A DNA stretch of 63,729 nt, the filler included, from Octopus bimaculoides (lineage: Eukaryota): assembly GCF_001194135.2 (NCBI RefSeq). It is 6 parts of 5 records of this genome, joined end to end, with 100 filler letters (N's around TTAATTAATTAA, not from the genome) between each part and the next. Parts side by side here need not be neighbours in the genome. Positions count along the whole stretch, not along the records: positions 30,920 to 45,139 come from NC_068985.1; positions 45,240 to 56,026 come from NC_068984.1; 4 more parts are not named here. One strand, given 5' to 3'. Both the position numbers and the translations under genes were made by a program. The notes under the pieces were generated by a model that was not told where the DNA came from, ran no database searches, and was given only the letters and a program-made list of their open reading frames with translations. This document shows, piece after piece, positions 36,341 through 51,759 of this stretch (position 1 is its first letter; each line of letters starts with the position of its first letter).

Positions 36341-36570
36341 AGGCGGTGAGCTGGCAGAAACGTTAGCACGCTGGGCGAAATATTTAGCGATATTTCGTCT
36401 GCTGTTACGTTCTAAGTTCAAATTCCGCCGAGGTCAACTTTGCTTTTCATCCTTTCGGGGTCGATAAATTAAGTACCAGTTACGCGCTGGGGTCGATTTA
36501 ATCCACTTAATCCTTTTGTCTCTCCTTGTTTGTCCCCTTTATGTTTAGCCCCTTGTGGACAATAAAAAAA
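36341..36570 (+). mobile_element. SINE family A
   Basis: Full head, central domain and tail, ending in an A run. Confidence 0.88.
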
Positions 36571-36969
36571 AAAAAAGAAACTCGGTGTTTTTCACATGTT
36601 GGTATTTTTTCCTAACATTTCCTGGTATTCTAACCTGACAACCATCAAAACTATATTTAAATCCGTGAGTGGTACTTCGAAATCCAATGCTGACATTCTT
36701 TGACACTTCATAATAATTCAATGTTATGCCAACGCTACCAAGATATATTAATAACACATGCTCATATTACATCGCAAATATTTATCGATGTCAACCAAAA
36801 CTACAATATTACACGAAGAAACAATTGGTGTGTATACATGGGTTTGTGTGCCTATGTGTAAGCGCGTGTGTGAGAGTTTGTGTATGGGTGCAGGCGTGTG
36901 AGAGTGTGTACCCGCATATGCGTGGGAATATGAATGTGTATATGTATGCATATATTTTATAGGCATGTA

Positions 36970-37189
36970 CGAGGGGTGCTGAAGTTTTTGGCTTTGAGTA
37001 AAAGAAAATACAGAAGGATCAGTTAATTATGATTTTATACAAAATATTCCCCTCTCAGATTCAGACGCTCGTTGGAACGGTTCTTCCGTTTTTCTAAGCC
37101 CTGTAAAAGAACGTTGAAGGTTGTGCCTCCGACCAGGCATTTCGCGATGTCCTTAAAGCCAGGAACTTATCAGCCCCCACCCTGCATCG
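36970..37189. mobile_element. mariner-type MITE
   Basis: TA-CGAGGGGTGCTGAAGTTTTTGGCTTT ... AAAGCCAGGAACTTATCAGCCCC...CG-TA; imperfect TIRs with TA duplication. Confidence 0.7.
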
Positions 37190-37894
37190 TACATGCAATT
37201 GTATCCATATAAATATATGTACGTGTAAATATTTATCTGTTTATATCCACGTACATGCATACATTTATACACACACTCACACACGTACATACATACGTAC
37301 ACATATATACATCTATAATATATACATNNNNNNNNNNNNNNNNNNNNNNNNNNNNNNNNNNNNNNNNNNNNNNNNNNNNNNNNNNNNNNNNNNNNNNNNN
37401 NNNNNNNNNNNNNNNNNNNNNNNNNNNNNNNNNNNNNNNNNNNNNNNNNNNNNNNNNNNNNNNNNNNNNNNNNNNNNNNNNNNNNNNNNNNNNNNNNNNN
37501 NNNNNNNNNNNNNNNNNNNNNNNNNNNNNNNNNNNNNNNNNNNNNNNNNNNNNNNNNNNNNNNNNNNNNNNNNNNNNNNNNNNNNNNNNNNNNNNNNNNN
37601 NNNNNNNNNNNNNNNNNNNNNNNNNNNNNNNNNNNNNNNNNNNNNNNNNNNNNNNNNNNNNNNNNNNNNNNNNNNNNNNNNNNNNNNNNNNNNNNNNNNN
37701 NNNNNNNNNNNNNNNNNNNNNNNNNNNNNNNNNNNNNNNNNNNNNNNNNNNNNNNNNNNNNNNNNNNNNNNNNNNNNNNNNNNNNNNNNNNNNNNNNNNN
37801 NNNNNNNNNNNNNNNNNNNNNNNNNNNNNNNNNNNNNNNNNNNNNNNNNNNNNNNNNNNNNNNNNNNNNNNNNNNNNNNNNNNNNNNNNNNNNN

Positions 37895-37941
<47 letters not shown>

Positions 37942-37954
37942 TGCACATGCATAG

Positions 37955-37986
<32 letters not shown>

Positions 37987-38459
37987 GCATACACAGGCTT
38001 ATTTCGAGCAATGTGAATGAGTACTTCAAAACCACATTCTCATTGTTCATTCATTATTCAACACTCATGCTCATTTATACATGAGTTTACCATTAGTTTC
38101 ATGTTAAGAGAAACACCTTAACAGTTATACAGCCTACCACATGAAACATCGGTATTCATCTCTAAATTGGATTAAAACACGAAAAATCTGATAAAATCAC
38201 GAAAAATAACTTGACGTTTACGGTAAACAAACAAATATCGGAGAAAGAATTTTGGACTTTTATCTCCTTTCCTTCAACTTCAGTTTAAATTCTACTCGAT
38301 TCAAATTTTCTGCTCACATATTGATACATAATGGTCCTTCCCGTCGAACATGGCGTATGATTGTTCAGTTTTTGCCGAATCACCTGTACAAAGGATTTGT
38401 GTATAGTGACAAAAATTATGTGCTGCGCATGATCTCATTCTCTCCATCAAGTCGACGTT

Positions 38460-38607
38460 GATTCAACAGGTACCCAGAGTACGACGCGTCAGGTGTCGAA
38501 GCGATTGCAGAGTAACGTGAGGTGAAGTGTTTTGCTCAAGAACACAACACACCACCCAGCCTAGGAATTGAAACCACGACCTTGCGATCGTAAGTTCAAC
38601 AGCCTCG
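38460..38607 (-). mobile_element. Truncated tRNA-derived SINE with CORE/V-like segment
   Basis: ggtttcaattcc B-box region followed by gtgttgtgttcttgagcaaaacacttcacc. Confidence 0.6.
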
Positions 38608-38609
38608 TC

Positions 38610-38692
38610 TAGTAATTCCCAGCCTGGGGTCCACAGATCCCTGGTGGTCCGCAAAGATAGCACTGCAGGTCCATGAACTAACTTCAAAATCA
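38610..38692 (+). mobile_element. Truncated 5' end of the same Buster-type MITE family
   Basis: Aligns to 26381-26460 (cccagcctg.ggtcca..gatccctggtggt...gtcc.tgaactaa.ttcaaaat). Confidence 0.65.
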
Positions 38693-41600
38693 GATACTCG
38701 TGTATGTTTTTCATCTGCTATATTCACATTTGTTGAAGAGGAAACTTTCTATAGTCACACCAAACATTGTCGTAATGTCGACAGATATTTTTCTCTCTCC
38801 ATCTCTCTGCTGCTCCTCCTCTCTTTCTCAACTCATGTCTCAACTCATGTCTTCATGTCTATAACATTTCGTCTATAATTTTATGGAACACAAATCACAT
38901 ATCAATCAGTGTTTATGTGATATCCCAATTCGCATCATCCCTGAATATGAACACGAAGGTATCAGAGAGAGAGTCTCTCCCACAGATACGACTGTCAAGT
39001 AATATAATTTTTGTTATGGGGCATTTCTGAAATGTTCGAGCTATTTGCTTTCTGTTCTCATTAGACACAAGAATTCCAATATATTCCATCAATTGAACTG
39101 GCAAATATTTTGCTTTATATCTACTTGTCAATGTATCCCATTTCACATATACTAGCAAATGGCTTCGCTCTTGATCGCTATTTTCACTTCTATAAACTTA
39201 CGTTGTAAATTGATGAAATCAGTTTGTAAATTGATAAAATCCAGAGGTATTCCGGTGTGAATGAAATATCAGGCATATGCTTTCCCGGTATTTTATTTCC
39301 CGAAAGAAAATAAAAAGTATTCAAAACGATTTTCCAGAACCTTAATCTATTTTTGCCATCTATTCATTATCATCTTACAACATGCTTGGATGTTAGGCAC
39401 ATTTAAACAAATTTAATTAATTCCTGGATACTACTCGCTAAAATTGGTTGTGTGTGTGTGTGTGTGAAGAAGACATCTAATTTAAGGAGATGATATGAAT
39501 GCTCTTCAACTCTATCAGAAGATTCGAATAGGTATCAAAATTAACAACCTTTAAATACAGAAATTATTTTTTCTCTTGGTCTGCGAAATGAATGTAGTAA
39601 ACTCTCTTCAACGCGTCCATCTACGATAGCGATTTTCTCAGGAATTCGGTCTTAACATATATCCTAATCACTTCTAGCAGGATTTTTCTGTGTAATACAA
39701 CAGCAGTACCAGGAAGCATCGGCAGCCCCAATTATTTGTTGCGAAAGAGAATGTGAATGCGTATACGCCCGGTCTTACTACCTGTTACCATAGCGAGTTG
39801 TAAGACGGGAAAATAATACTATAACATGACGCAACTGTGTTTGAAAAAAAACAGACGACCATCAGTGCCAATGAATTAGAATAGATCTGTACCTATTGAA
39901 TGCTTACCAGGGGTTAAACAACAACAGCTAATATTTAAAATTTCATTAAATTCAATGTAGTCAATTTATTTATCACAATTTATTTATTAACAATGCAGTT
40001 TTGAAACAACGGCTGAATTCTTAAAGAAGTTTCGAAAATCAACGCTTGTTCTTTCTGCTTAGCAATAAATGTTTCATTTCAAATATATGCAGAGTAACCG
40101 ACACTAATCAATTGTCGAATCAACTTCATCTTTATAGTTGGAAAAATGCTTCTTTTTTTTTTTCCTTTATCGTCTAAGTCCGCCAAACTTGGTATTCTAA
40201 TTAACAATTACGAATGCAATGCATTTACTATTAACGTACGTTTTACATGAGTATAAATCACGTATATTTGTAAAGGTGTTCTTTTATTTCAATTAACGTT
40301 GTTGGGACGTAAATTAGCTTTCACTAGAATTCATAAGTCTTCCAGTCAAAGTAATTCATAATTAGAGAGAATGTTTAATGAAACATCGTTGCTTCAATTA
40401 GTAACAAAATTACAGTGATTAATTTTTGTTGGGATTTTTTTTTTTTTCTGATTTTTACTGATTGATCACTGAAAGTGATACAATTACATACTTTCCGATG
40501 GACTACATTTAGTTTAAATCTTCTGCTTAGATGTACCTTAGATCTTTCTTAGAAACAACTTAAAGAATCTTCATTGCTGTCGAACTATAAAGCCTACATT
40601 ATTTATAAATGAATATCCAGTATGGCTATTAAATTATCTTTGACGAATACGGTAGCCCATTTATGAAAGTTGCAAATATTGTTACAATCGTATGCTTTCT
40701 TTATTTAAAATATAGCATAGAGGTAAGAAAAACATCAGAAAGTGATAGAGAAGATTTATGAAGAACATTAATGGAATAAGTGATCACATCTCGAAATTCT
40801 TTTAAGCAAGAACAACGAAAAGCTTTCCTTCTGTATTACCTTCCTTAGATCGGAAAATGAATGTTGTATCATTTAGAATGCTTCGCCGATCTGCCAGCAA
40901 TTACGATATTTTCCGTAGAACCAATTGTCAGGAATAGAAGTCAAATCTTCCTCAAATACATAGCACTTGACAGAAGCACGGAAACATCATATCTGAAAAT
41001 CATTTCATCATAGTTTTGTTCATATAAGGACAACAGAGACCCGAACAGGAGAAATACATCCCCAGTTGTTAGATTTTAGAAACGCTGGAAATGAAAATCA
41101 ATTTTTCTATATTGTGTAATTTGAATCAAAAAGATTCGAAGATTTTGTAATAAACACGTTTATTTGCTCCACCAAAGTGTAGCCGATGTACAAATATGTA
41201 CTTTGAACTGTTACACATAATAGCCATGACACTCATCTCCCTCAGTAAGTCTTATCATCTTTAAAATATGATCTGGTATAGGAGATATTGTGTAAAGCAG
41301 ACACATTGTTTACAATCAAGAATAAAAATCATGATGACCACGGTGAGATAGAACATTATCGTGATTGAGCTAGAATATCATACCTGTTCAGGTAAAAGCA
41401 ACAAGTATAAAGGTCACATCACATAATTTCTTTAAATTTGAAATCCCGAGATTATCTTCTAAATTCTATATTGCAATGATATTTGAAGATAACACAACTA
41501 GGAATGGAAAGTGTCGAAGTGCGAGGAGAATATATCAATTTAACAGAAACCATTGGGAGTATAGAAACTTATACATATACAAATTTATATATATCTATAT

Positions 41601-42136
41601 ATATATATATATAATATTAGGGATAAAATCCAAAATTACGGGTAAAAACTCAATTAAAATCATGAACCTTACTCATTTATTGTGCTTTTAATTATTAATT
41701 TTTCTATATGTGATAGTGGATTTTCATCGATGAGTTCATGAACCTTGGTTCTTTTCCCTAAAACTATATATATATATATATATATTCACACAGACACAGA
41801 CAGACTCACATTCGCATACACACATACTGTGAGGGATAAGAAGCTTAAACTTTATATAATACCCTTTCCACAAAATGAACGTTTTCATTCCATCTCTCAC
41901 TTATTGCACAGATGCTGGTCTTTCGCTTTTCTACACACAATCGCTTGTAGCACGTGGGTGTGTGTGTGTGTGTGTGTGTCTCAATGTGAGTGAATCTACG
42001 GGTGTGAGTGTGTGGATGCCTAAATATATACACACACATCCACAAATCCCAAGAGCTGCCTTGGCTTAAACGAAAAGGTTCTAGGCTGGAATGCCTGGAA
42101 CATGCTTGAAAACACCTGGGAATATATAGACCTGTG

Positions 42137-42210
<74 letters not shown>

Positions 42211-43379
42211 TTATATATATACGGACACACACAAGCACACATATATATATGTACATATACGTACACATAAATATGTACGTATATATGTGCCTATTTTTTA
42301 TATGTATACATAAGCACGTATATAATTACATACACCCACACATATTTCCTGGTGTGCAAATTTATGTATGTACGTGTGCATGAGTGTGTGTGTGTGTATG
42401 TGTGTCCGCGTGTGTATATGAGAGTGTTTGTGTGTATGTGTGCGTGCGTATGTTTGTGTGTGTTTATATATTTGTTTGCATTTACCTGGTGTTATTTGTG
42501 CATCTTATTTCGAATTACGAATTTCCGCATCACTGTGCACAAGAAGTGCAAAATTTATATCTTCCGCTTTTTTGCTATAAAATCAAGTTCTTCTAACCCG
42601 TTCATGGTTTAATGTAATGGTTCTTTTCTTTGCATTTATTTGGAGTTTTGCTGCAGGGAGAAACAATGAACCACTTTCCACTGGCGCCTTGGGCAAACAG
42701 ATCTGTTGAATGTACTGAATCAACAATGTGACAATAACATTCTGGGAATATTTCTGATAAAAATAATGATACAACACATTTTTACATTTTAACTAATTTC
42801 TTTTAAAACTCTAAAAACTTAAGGAATCTTCATATATACCAACGATAATAAACTACATATCAGATTTTCCTAGTTTTCCGTGTTGCAGAAGTTGATGGCA
42901 CAGATCGGCCATAATTCAATTGTAATTAATTGGTTCGTGGTTTATAACAGTAATTCAAACACGGAATATTGCAGTTTTCAATTTACCTCATTAACTAAAG
43001 CAAATTTACATAGATATATTTAGGGAAAATATGTATATTTATATTGGTGCTTAAGAATTTTAACTGGTTAATTTATACTTAGTAAGATTTAACCCATTAC
43101 CTACCAGTGATCTCATATGAGATCACTTAAAATTACAAATTTCGTAATTATCTGTCAATATTTACACATATCTAACCTTTTTGCTATATCTACAAGGTAT
43201 ATTTCTCTGATATTCAAATGAGGTTTGCTAATTTTTCACCCAATATCTCGCTTATTTCTATTTAAAATATTATTTTGAAATGTTATTTTGAAATGTTATT
43301 TTGATCATTCCAGCGTGTTTCTAAGGCTGTTTTATACTAGAAATCAAAGTTTCATAAAAATTCCAGTTAATAGAATTGT

Positions 43380-43760
43380 AGGAGGTAATGTGGTAATATC
43401 TATCAATCTATCTATAGCAAGTAAAATTCCCGAGATCCCTGAACGAGTTTCCTCTACCAGTTTTTCTCCCTCATCATTGCTGGCTGTCAAGTCCTGTGTC
43501 TCCCAGAGACCAATGTCTGTCCTTAGGGCATCAACATATGTCATCTTCGGTCTCCCTTTTCTCGTGTGTCCGTGTAAGGGCTCCTACAAGAGCACTGAGT
43601 GCAGTATCAACTCCGAATGACGGTGAGCATGGTCAGCTACCTTCAATCTCCTCTGTATTATTTTCGAGTTAACTATTGGGAGGATCTCGTACAGCTCTGA
43701 GTTTTTCATTCTCAGGGTATACTGATTAATGTTCAGAGCCATCCTCATCACATTCTCGTG
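43380..43760 (-). mobile_element. LINE ORF2 C-terminus (RTE/L2-like)
   Basis: LYEILPIVNSKIIQRRLKVADHAHRH...EPLHGHTRKGRPKMTYVDALRTDIGL; (ATAG)-type tail. Confidence 0.75.
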
Positions 43761-45104
43761 TTAATATACTTTGACTGAAATAAAGATAAAAGGTATTTAA
43801 CGCACGAGTTCTTAGATAAAGGTTTAGCTAGCTTAATACACTCGTGTTGACACTCTTTTCTGTTAGCTTTCTCTGAGTCTCCAGAACAAGAACACCAGAT
43901 TAGTCTGCTCTCTGGATGCGAAATCTACAAGAAACATACCACGCATAGAGTGACACTTTATTTTGTCCCCGAGGAAAACTAAGACCTAACTTCTAGCTAA
44001 GAAAGAATGAGTTGGCATTCTTCTGTAAAAAATGCGGGCCACTCCACATCTAGTCTCAATAAACACGTCAACAATGAGAGAAGCATTAAAATTTCAGAGA
44101 TGTATTTGCCAGGCAAGCGATTTGATCGGAGAGTATATGTTGAAACTAAAACATTTAAAGCATGGTATATACATATCAGCCGTTCCTAAACACACAAAGG
44201 TTGTTAACGGGAAGGAAACATTTATTATTTTGGCGCCAAAATTTTCATTCCATCAACTGCAACCTGGTCATTGGCACCATTCCAATGCATTCACCTAAAC
44301 AAGAATTACAACAAAACAATATTTATAATGTTTGTTATATTATTTGATATAAAGTAAAAAAAAAAGTTCTGCAGATCTCAAGAAGGGAACAAAACAAAAA
44401 AAACTAATAGTAATTGGCGTCCGGCCTAAGATCTGGTGGACGAACAGTTCATTGGAGGGTGGAATGGGTGCCCAAAAGTAGGTCTGGCCACATTAAACCA
44501 CAATTTTTATATAATATTGTAGCGCGTTGTTAGAGAGACATTTATGTTGCTCTTTCTGGCAGATCGATTAGTCACATAAAGACTTGCTCGTTGTACCCCT
44601 GTTGCAAAAAATGTTGGCAGTAGAAAATATTGCTAATGAGGAGCGGGATATGTAAATAACTTCTTATTGGTATTCTGATAGTCACCTTAGTCTATACTGA
44701 TCACTAATACGAAACTGAGAAATGTTTTCCTGTTGTCTTTAGGAACAAAACAAGGAGATTAATCTTAATCTTCAAATTATAATTTTTTTGCTTCCTCCAA
44801 ACAGATTAGGGAGTAAAGAGAAAGTATAAAGAAATAAAGCATATATTGTCTCATAGAATCATATGTCATAAACAGAAGCTATACAGGAATAATTGTTATC
44901 CATATTCTACCAAGCAGCACTACTTAATGCGTGCACACATCTATACAAAAACACACATCCTCACATCCGCACATTTACACATCCGCACATCCACACATCC
45001 ACAACAGGCACATCAAGATACATATCTTTTATATATTTATGTATAAACACATATGTATGTACGTACGTGTATATATATATATATAAGTGTATATATAAGT
45101 GCCT

Positions 45105-45139
<35 letters not shown>

Positions 45140-45363
45140 NNNNNNNNNNNNNNNNNNNNNNNNNNNNNNNNNNNNNNNNNNNNTTAATTAATTAANNNNN
45201 NNNNNNNNNNNNNNNNNNNNNNNNNNNNNNNNNNNNNNNCTGGGGTGGGAGGGAAGAAGAGTTAAAAAGGATTTTTTAATTTTATTTTTGGTTGGTCTGT
45301 GACAGTCTGTCATGGTTCACTGGTTTTTGGGACTGGTTTTGTGCACATCTCTATGTGTGTGTG

Positions 45364-45412
<49 letters not shown>

Positions 45413-45832
45413 ATGTGTTTGTTCGTGTGTGTGCGTGCGTGCGTTTGTTAGTGCGTGTGTATGTGTGTTTGTGTGTTTTTTGTGCCGGTGGGGATGTTAG
45501 GTGTGTGTACGTGAGAGTGTGCGTATATCTATTTTTCTGAGTATGTATGTGTTGTTTTAATTGTCCTTGTGGTGTGTGTGTGTGAGAAAGTCACAATGTA
45601 TTGATTCAAGTAATCAATATTTGTGACAATATATTATCTTCAAGTAGTTATTCTACAAAACATGATATATATCGTGCTAAACAAGAGAACACTTTTAACT
45701 TTTAAATATTGATTTTGCATTGTTGAAACCTCACGTTGAATATTTAGTATTTATCAAAAATTTTCTTTCACCTGAGGACGTAGCAGAACTTCTACATTAC
45801 TTTTTAAAAGATATTTTGCATTAATGCAGATA

Positions 45833-46195
45833 CGTAAGTATTCTTTTATTCTTTTCAATCATTTGACTCTGGCCATGCTGGAACACTACCTTTAGTCGAC
45901 CCCAGGACTTATTCTTTGTAAGCCTGGTACTTATTATATCGGTCTCCTTTGCCAAAACATACCAACATCGGTTGTCAAGGGATGGTAGGGAGAAAAACAC
46001 AGATACACATACAAATATATACATATATATATATACCACAGGCTTCTTTCAGTTTCCGTCTACCAAATCCATTCACAAGGCTTTGGTCGAGCCGAGGCTA
46101 TAGTAGAAGACAGTTACTCAAGGTTCCACGCAGTGGGACTCAACCCTGAATTATGTGGTTGGGAAGCAAGCTTCTTACCACACAGCCACGCCTGA
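45833..46195 (-). mobile_element. SINE family B with internal deletions
   Basis: Reverse complement of head, body and tail. Confidence 0.8.
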
Positions 46196-46245
46196 GCCTA
46201 TAGTTAAATAAATTTTCATTACACCATTTCTCTCGTCATTTGTAA

Positions 46246-46310
<65 letters not shown>

Positions 46311-49300
46311 CTAATTGCTAAATGTCCTTTAAATTTGAAATCTTAATTGTTGATATGACATGGTATGTCATAAGTGTCTGTATATTGTCTTTATTGTCAT
46401 TTTGGTTATAAAATAAACAGATTAATCAACAGAATACAGATTCTGCAAGTTGATGAGTGCCTCATGTTCCTCTCCATTTTCTTATTGCTATATAAATTTA
46501 GGGTAAAAAAAAACTTTTACCCGCACCCACTTATTGCACTTGGTATAACACTAGTGTAACAATAATTGGGTACCCAGCAATAATTGGGTACCCAGCAATA
46601 TATTGGATAGATATTGTCCCTTAGTGGGTTGGATCCTCAACCCCTAACTCACTTGGATTATATATATATATATACATATATATATACACATACATACATA
46701 CATTCATACATACATACATGCACACACACACGCATACATAATACATACACATCGGTTCTGCGCCTTCTTTTTCTCATTATTATTATCTTTATTTCCGCCG
46801 AGGTCAACTTTGCCTTTCATCCTATCGCGATCGATAAAAATAATTACCAGCCGAGCACTGGGGTTCATGCAATCGACTTACCCACCTTCCCCAAAATTAT
46901 TATCATTATTGCAGAATCGTTACCACGCCAGACAAAATACTTCATGCCATTCCTTCAGTTTTTACGTTCCCACACTGTTTTCGTCTATCAAATTTCACTT
47001 CAAGTCTTTAGTAAACCCAAGGCTATGCTTAATGGTCAGTGCAGTAGGATCGAACACAAAACTACGTATCTGTGAAGCGAATTTCTTAGCCATAGAACCA
47101 CGTCATGCTTTATTATTTGACATCTGTTAAAAGTGGTGCCTGGATGAATCTTGTCCGAGAAATTGTGTCTCTTAATGCTAATTATATTAATAACTTAGTA
47201 GAATTATTCTGTTCAATTAACTTCAAAGTTCCAAATGAACGAATTCATTAGGATAATATTTCTGCTGTACAAAAGTGAATTTTTAATGTAATTACAGTTT
47301 TGTTATGTTCTTTAACCCCCGGTCAGCTCTGATTGTACGGACCGATTAACAAAAGTGTTGCGGCCATAAATTATACAGTTTTATCGCAAAGCATCTGGGA
47401 TTACACCATCTAACTTGTCCCTCTTTCCTTCATTTTTTGCTTCCTTCTTCCCTTCTGTTTTCTTTCATTTTCTTTCTTTTCGTTTCTTTTTCTTTCTTCA
47501 TTTGCAAAAGAAGGAAAACTTGGCTGATATTTCTAACAGATCAGACACTATGTAATGACTCGCACGTTGACTCTGAGACTCATACAAGAAAGATCATTTT
47601 ACAAACAGGATCACTTTCCTTGTATTTTCCTTATTTTAATTGCAGAAGCAGCTCTTATAAACCTCCAATCTTTGTTAGTTTTACAAATCAGTCACGCTTG
47701 ATATATGTATGTATGTATGTAACGACAAATTAAATCTTATGTTGTGCGGGTGTAATTTTGTACCAACCATACAATTTAAAATTTATATTGTATCTACCAT
47801 CTTCAGAAAACGAGAAAAGTTGGAGGCATTCAGCGCTGCATGATTTTATCTAGAATAGCTTCTCCTTTTGTAGTTTAGTTTTCCTTTCCACTGAATGATG
47901 GCGCTTTACAATCGTTCTTTCCACGTACTGTGGCCCCCCCCCCCAAAAAAAGACATTGTTTTAATGAAACGGGTGTTCATTTTTGGAGTGGTGTATCATC
48001 TATATTTTCTTATGCTTCCCATCGTGCTTGTACTCCTGCGTGGTAACAATTCTGTCAGTTCACCGCCTTGAGGTCTTATATCGTGCAATTATAGTGAACA
48101 TTGTTGCACCATCAGTCATATTTCTGCTTGCGATGACCAAGTTATATGCCAATCCTGATAAAGACTTTTTTTTTTCTTTCTGAAATGTGTATTGTACCTG
48201 ACTTACATATTTTATTTCTTTAAAAAATCCCGAACCCTCTATTATATCGATGCTTCCCACAGTCGCTCCTTAACATTTAACATTTTCTATCCTCATATGA
48301 GCTCACAGTGCCCCAACAAAAGGTGAAAGACCACCCAGTAAAAACCACTGATCTAGGATTAATTGAAGGGCTAATACATGAAGATCTTTCTTCTATCTTA
48401 GTAAGTGATCTTTTATGACTTGAGTATAATTTTCTAATAGGTTGGATTGCTTGAATCGTTAGAACAAGACGCTGTGCGTCAGTTTCTTTCGGACCTTTAC
48501 GTTCTCAGTTTGAATACCGTGGAGGTAAACTTTTTTTCGGAAGTCGATAAAAATAAGTAACAGTCACTTACTATGGTCTTTTTATCGGCTGTAGCCAGTA
48601 AAATTACAGATTTAATGTGCGGAATATATCCCCCACACCAAAGCTGTGATCTTATGGCAATGTTAGAAATCAACATACTCAAGCGAGTAAAGACAACTCA
48701 TTTTTAAATATATTCACTTCTTTTCGTTTTTGGTTGCCTTTGGGAAAAACTTCAACTTCACCTAACCTTATTTCTGCTTTTCTATACATTTGAGGCATTG
48801 AGTTTATACAAAAAGAAATCGATATTTAAAACTACTGTGTTGAAAGCATCAAATAAATGCGATTTCTCATGTTATTCGCAAATTTTTGAACACTATATTT
48901 TTATTTTTTTAATTTCCTTTTCCATTACTATAGATTTTATTTATTCATTAACGCAAGCTTATTATATCTGGATATAGATTGTAAATTTCGTTTCAGAATA
49001 AAGATCAATCCAGTAGCTAAAATTACAATAGGAGGAACGCCTGTATAACTTCAAAAATCTATTGAGTCTGTTATACAATTAACAAACTCAATAGAGTTTT
49101 AAGATCTGAATCTACAATATCACATTTTAACTATAGAGGACATTTTAAGTCGTTCTCACTTGTTATATTATTAGTTTTTGAATTATAAATATAGCCTTTG
49201 CAAGCACACACACACATGTAGGTATGTATATTTAAAAATATAACAATATATTTACTATTTACTATTTATTATTTAAAACTGCAAAGTTCAGATTTATGTC

Positions 49301-49394
49301 GGAAAGAAACAAAAGGTTTAACAAACATGACTGTGCCGGAATCAACAATATAACTATTACAGTATTTCCATTTACAATATTGTATTTAACAAAG

Positions 49395-49803
49395 ACGGTG
49401 AGCTGGCAGAAACGTTAGCACGCCGGGCGAAATGCTTAGCGGTATTTCGTCTGCCGTTACGTTCTGAATTCAAATTCCGCCGAGGTCGACTTTGCCTTTC
49501 ATCCTTTCGGGGTCGATAAATTAAGTATCAGTTACGCACTGAGGTCAATGTAATCGACTTAATCCCTTCGTCTGTCCTTGTCTGTCCCCTCTATGTTTAG
49601 CCCCTTGTGGGCAATAAAGAAATAAGAAAGGTTAGCATGCCGGGCGAAATGCTCAGCGGTATATCTTCTGTCTTTACGTTCTGAGTTCAAATTCCGTCGA
49701 GGTCGACTTTGCCTTTCATCCTTTCGGGGTCGATTAAATAAGTACCAGTTACGCACTGGAGTCGATGTAATCGACTTAATCCCTGTGGGCAATAAAGAAA
49801 TAA
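49395..49803 (+). mobile_element. SINE family A tandem dimer
   Basis: Full copy 49395-49628 and 5'-truncated copy 49630-49803. Confidence 0.88.
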
Positions 49804-50214
49804 ATATTGTATTTAACAACAACTAAAACAACACTAATAATAATGTTCCTAATATAGGTGAAAGCCAATTAATTTGGCCCAAGTATTTAACGAGTACTTT
49901 ATTTGATCAGCTCCGAAAGGATAAAAGGCTAAGCTGAACTGGATGCGATTGAAATCAGAACGTAAAGAACCGAAAACAAAGTATTTTTTCCGGCGCTCTC
50001 CATGATTTATACCAAAGGACAGCTATTTTCAAGGGCAATGAGTCAGCTGACTGCAACAAACCCACTATTTGACTGATGTTTTATTTTATCAAATCTGGAG
50101 GGATGAAAAGCGAAGTGAACTTCAGTGGAATTTGAAGTCAGGACATAAAGATCCAGAACAGATATCACAAGGAATTTTCTCGATACTCTAACGATTCAGT
50201 CAATCCACAATAAT

Positions 50215-50586
50215 GATTGTTGGCACTCCGTCGCTTACGACGTCGAGGGTTCCAGTTGGTCCGATCAACGGAACAGCCTGCTCGTGAAATTAACGTGCAA
50301 GTGGCTGAGCACTCCACAGACGTAATTCTCGGGGAGATTCAGCGTGACACAGAGTGTGACAAGGCTGGCCCTTTGAATTACAGTCACAACAGAAACAGGA
50401 AGAAAGAATGAGAGAAAGTTATGGTGAAAAAGTACAGCAGGGTTCGCCACCATCCCCTGCCGGAGCCTCGTACAGCTTTAGGTGTTTTCGCTCAATAAAC
50501 ACTCACAACGCCCGGTCTGGGAATCGAAATCGCGATCCTGTGACCACAAGTCCGCTGCCCTAACCACTAGGCCATTGCGCCTCCAC
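50215..50586 (-). mobile_element. tRNA-derived SINE (third family) with RTE-like tail
   Basis: A box TGGCCTAGTGG, B-box-like ATTTCGATTCC, tail ...gtcgtaagcgacggagtgccaacaa. The head does not continue as a full tRNA. Confidence 0.8.
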
Positions 50587-50786
50587 CCACAATAATGATA
50601 ATAATAATAATAATAATNNNNNNNNNNNNNNNNNNNNNNNNNNNNNNNNNNNNNNNNNNNNNNNNNNNNNNNNNNNNNNNNNNNNNNNNNNNNNNNNNNN
50701 NNNNNNNNNNNNNNNNNNNNNNNNNNNNNNNNNNNNNNNNNNNNNNNNNNNNNNNNNNNNNNNNNNNNNNNNNNNNNNNNNNNNNN

Positions 50787-50831
<45 letters not shown>

Positions 50832-51710
50832 CGTGCGTGCGTGTGTAATAAAACTCGGTTGGAATTATCAACTACCGGTTTTCATACATTCTATCAACTG
50901 AAATAGCAGACACTGAATTAGCGCATATGTGGTTGAGTATTCCGCAGACACATGTATCTTTAAATCAGCATGACACAGTATGACAGCGATAGTTTTGAAA
51001 AAGTATGTATGCATGTATGTATACATGTATATATACATGTAAACAAGGAATAGTTTAGCAGTGAAATTTCGGGTTGCCCACACTGATCAGACTGTATCTT
51101 GATGGCAAGCAATCCGAACCTTCTTAGTTACTACCAACTTTTTCCCAGTAATGGTTAACAAATAAGTACTAAAAATCATGTAGTAATTGTTTTGTTTTTT
51201 ATATATATATGTATCTTGACATAAAACCAAACGTGTGTCCCTATTAAGTTTTAGGCATGTGAAATGTTGACATTCAATAGAAGACAATATAAAACAAAGT
51301 GAATAAGAAAATATGATACAATCAGGAAACCTTCTATTTCAATATATTTCTCATTCTTCGCAAATAATGTACTGATAACTTACACACGAAGTGTCAACAA
51401 GTGCTGACTTCGTAATCCGTTTCATTATATACCTTGTTTATAAATGTATTTTCTCAAATTGAAAAAAGAAAATGGTGGATAGTGAAAGCATTATCTCCTA
51501 TTTGTATTTGGTATTTCTTAACAAAACATAAACCGTGCAAATTTACACGCATTCACGCACGCACGTACGCGCACACATACATACATACATAGAATGTGAG
51601 GGTTTAGTTCACTGATGATCAATAGGTACGCTGCGTAGGTTCCAAGCTCACAGGTGAGTCTGGTGCTAGGGATCCGTAGTAGGCTTCCGAGTCGGTTTCC
51701 TATATACCTA

Positions 51711-51759
<49 letters not shown>

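Noticed and set aside
39784-39797. RFX X-box-like GTTACCATAGCGAG
   Set aside because: The 3' half-site mismatches the consensus, and a single short motif is expected by chance.
50520-50586. tRNA gene, likewise the other SINE heads
   Set aside because: A/B boxes continue into SINE bodies with no complete cloverleaf or acceptor stem.
51612-51710. CTGATGA followed by ACGCTGCGT, echoing 54392-54410
   Set aside because: No downstream GAAA or stems before the microsatellite and gap; the shared 9-mer alone is insufficient.
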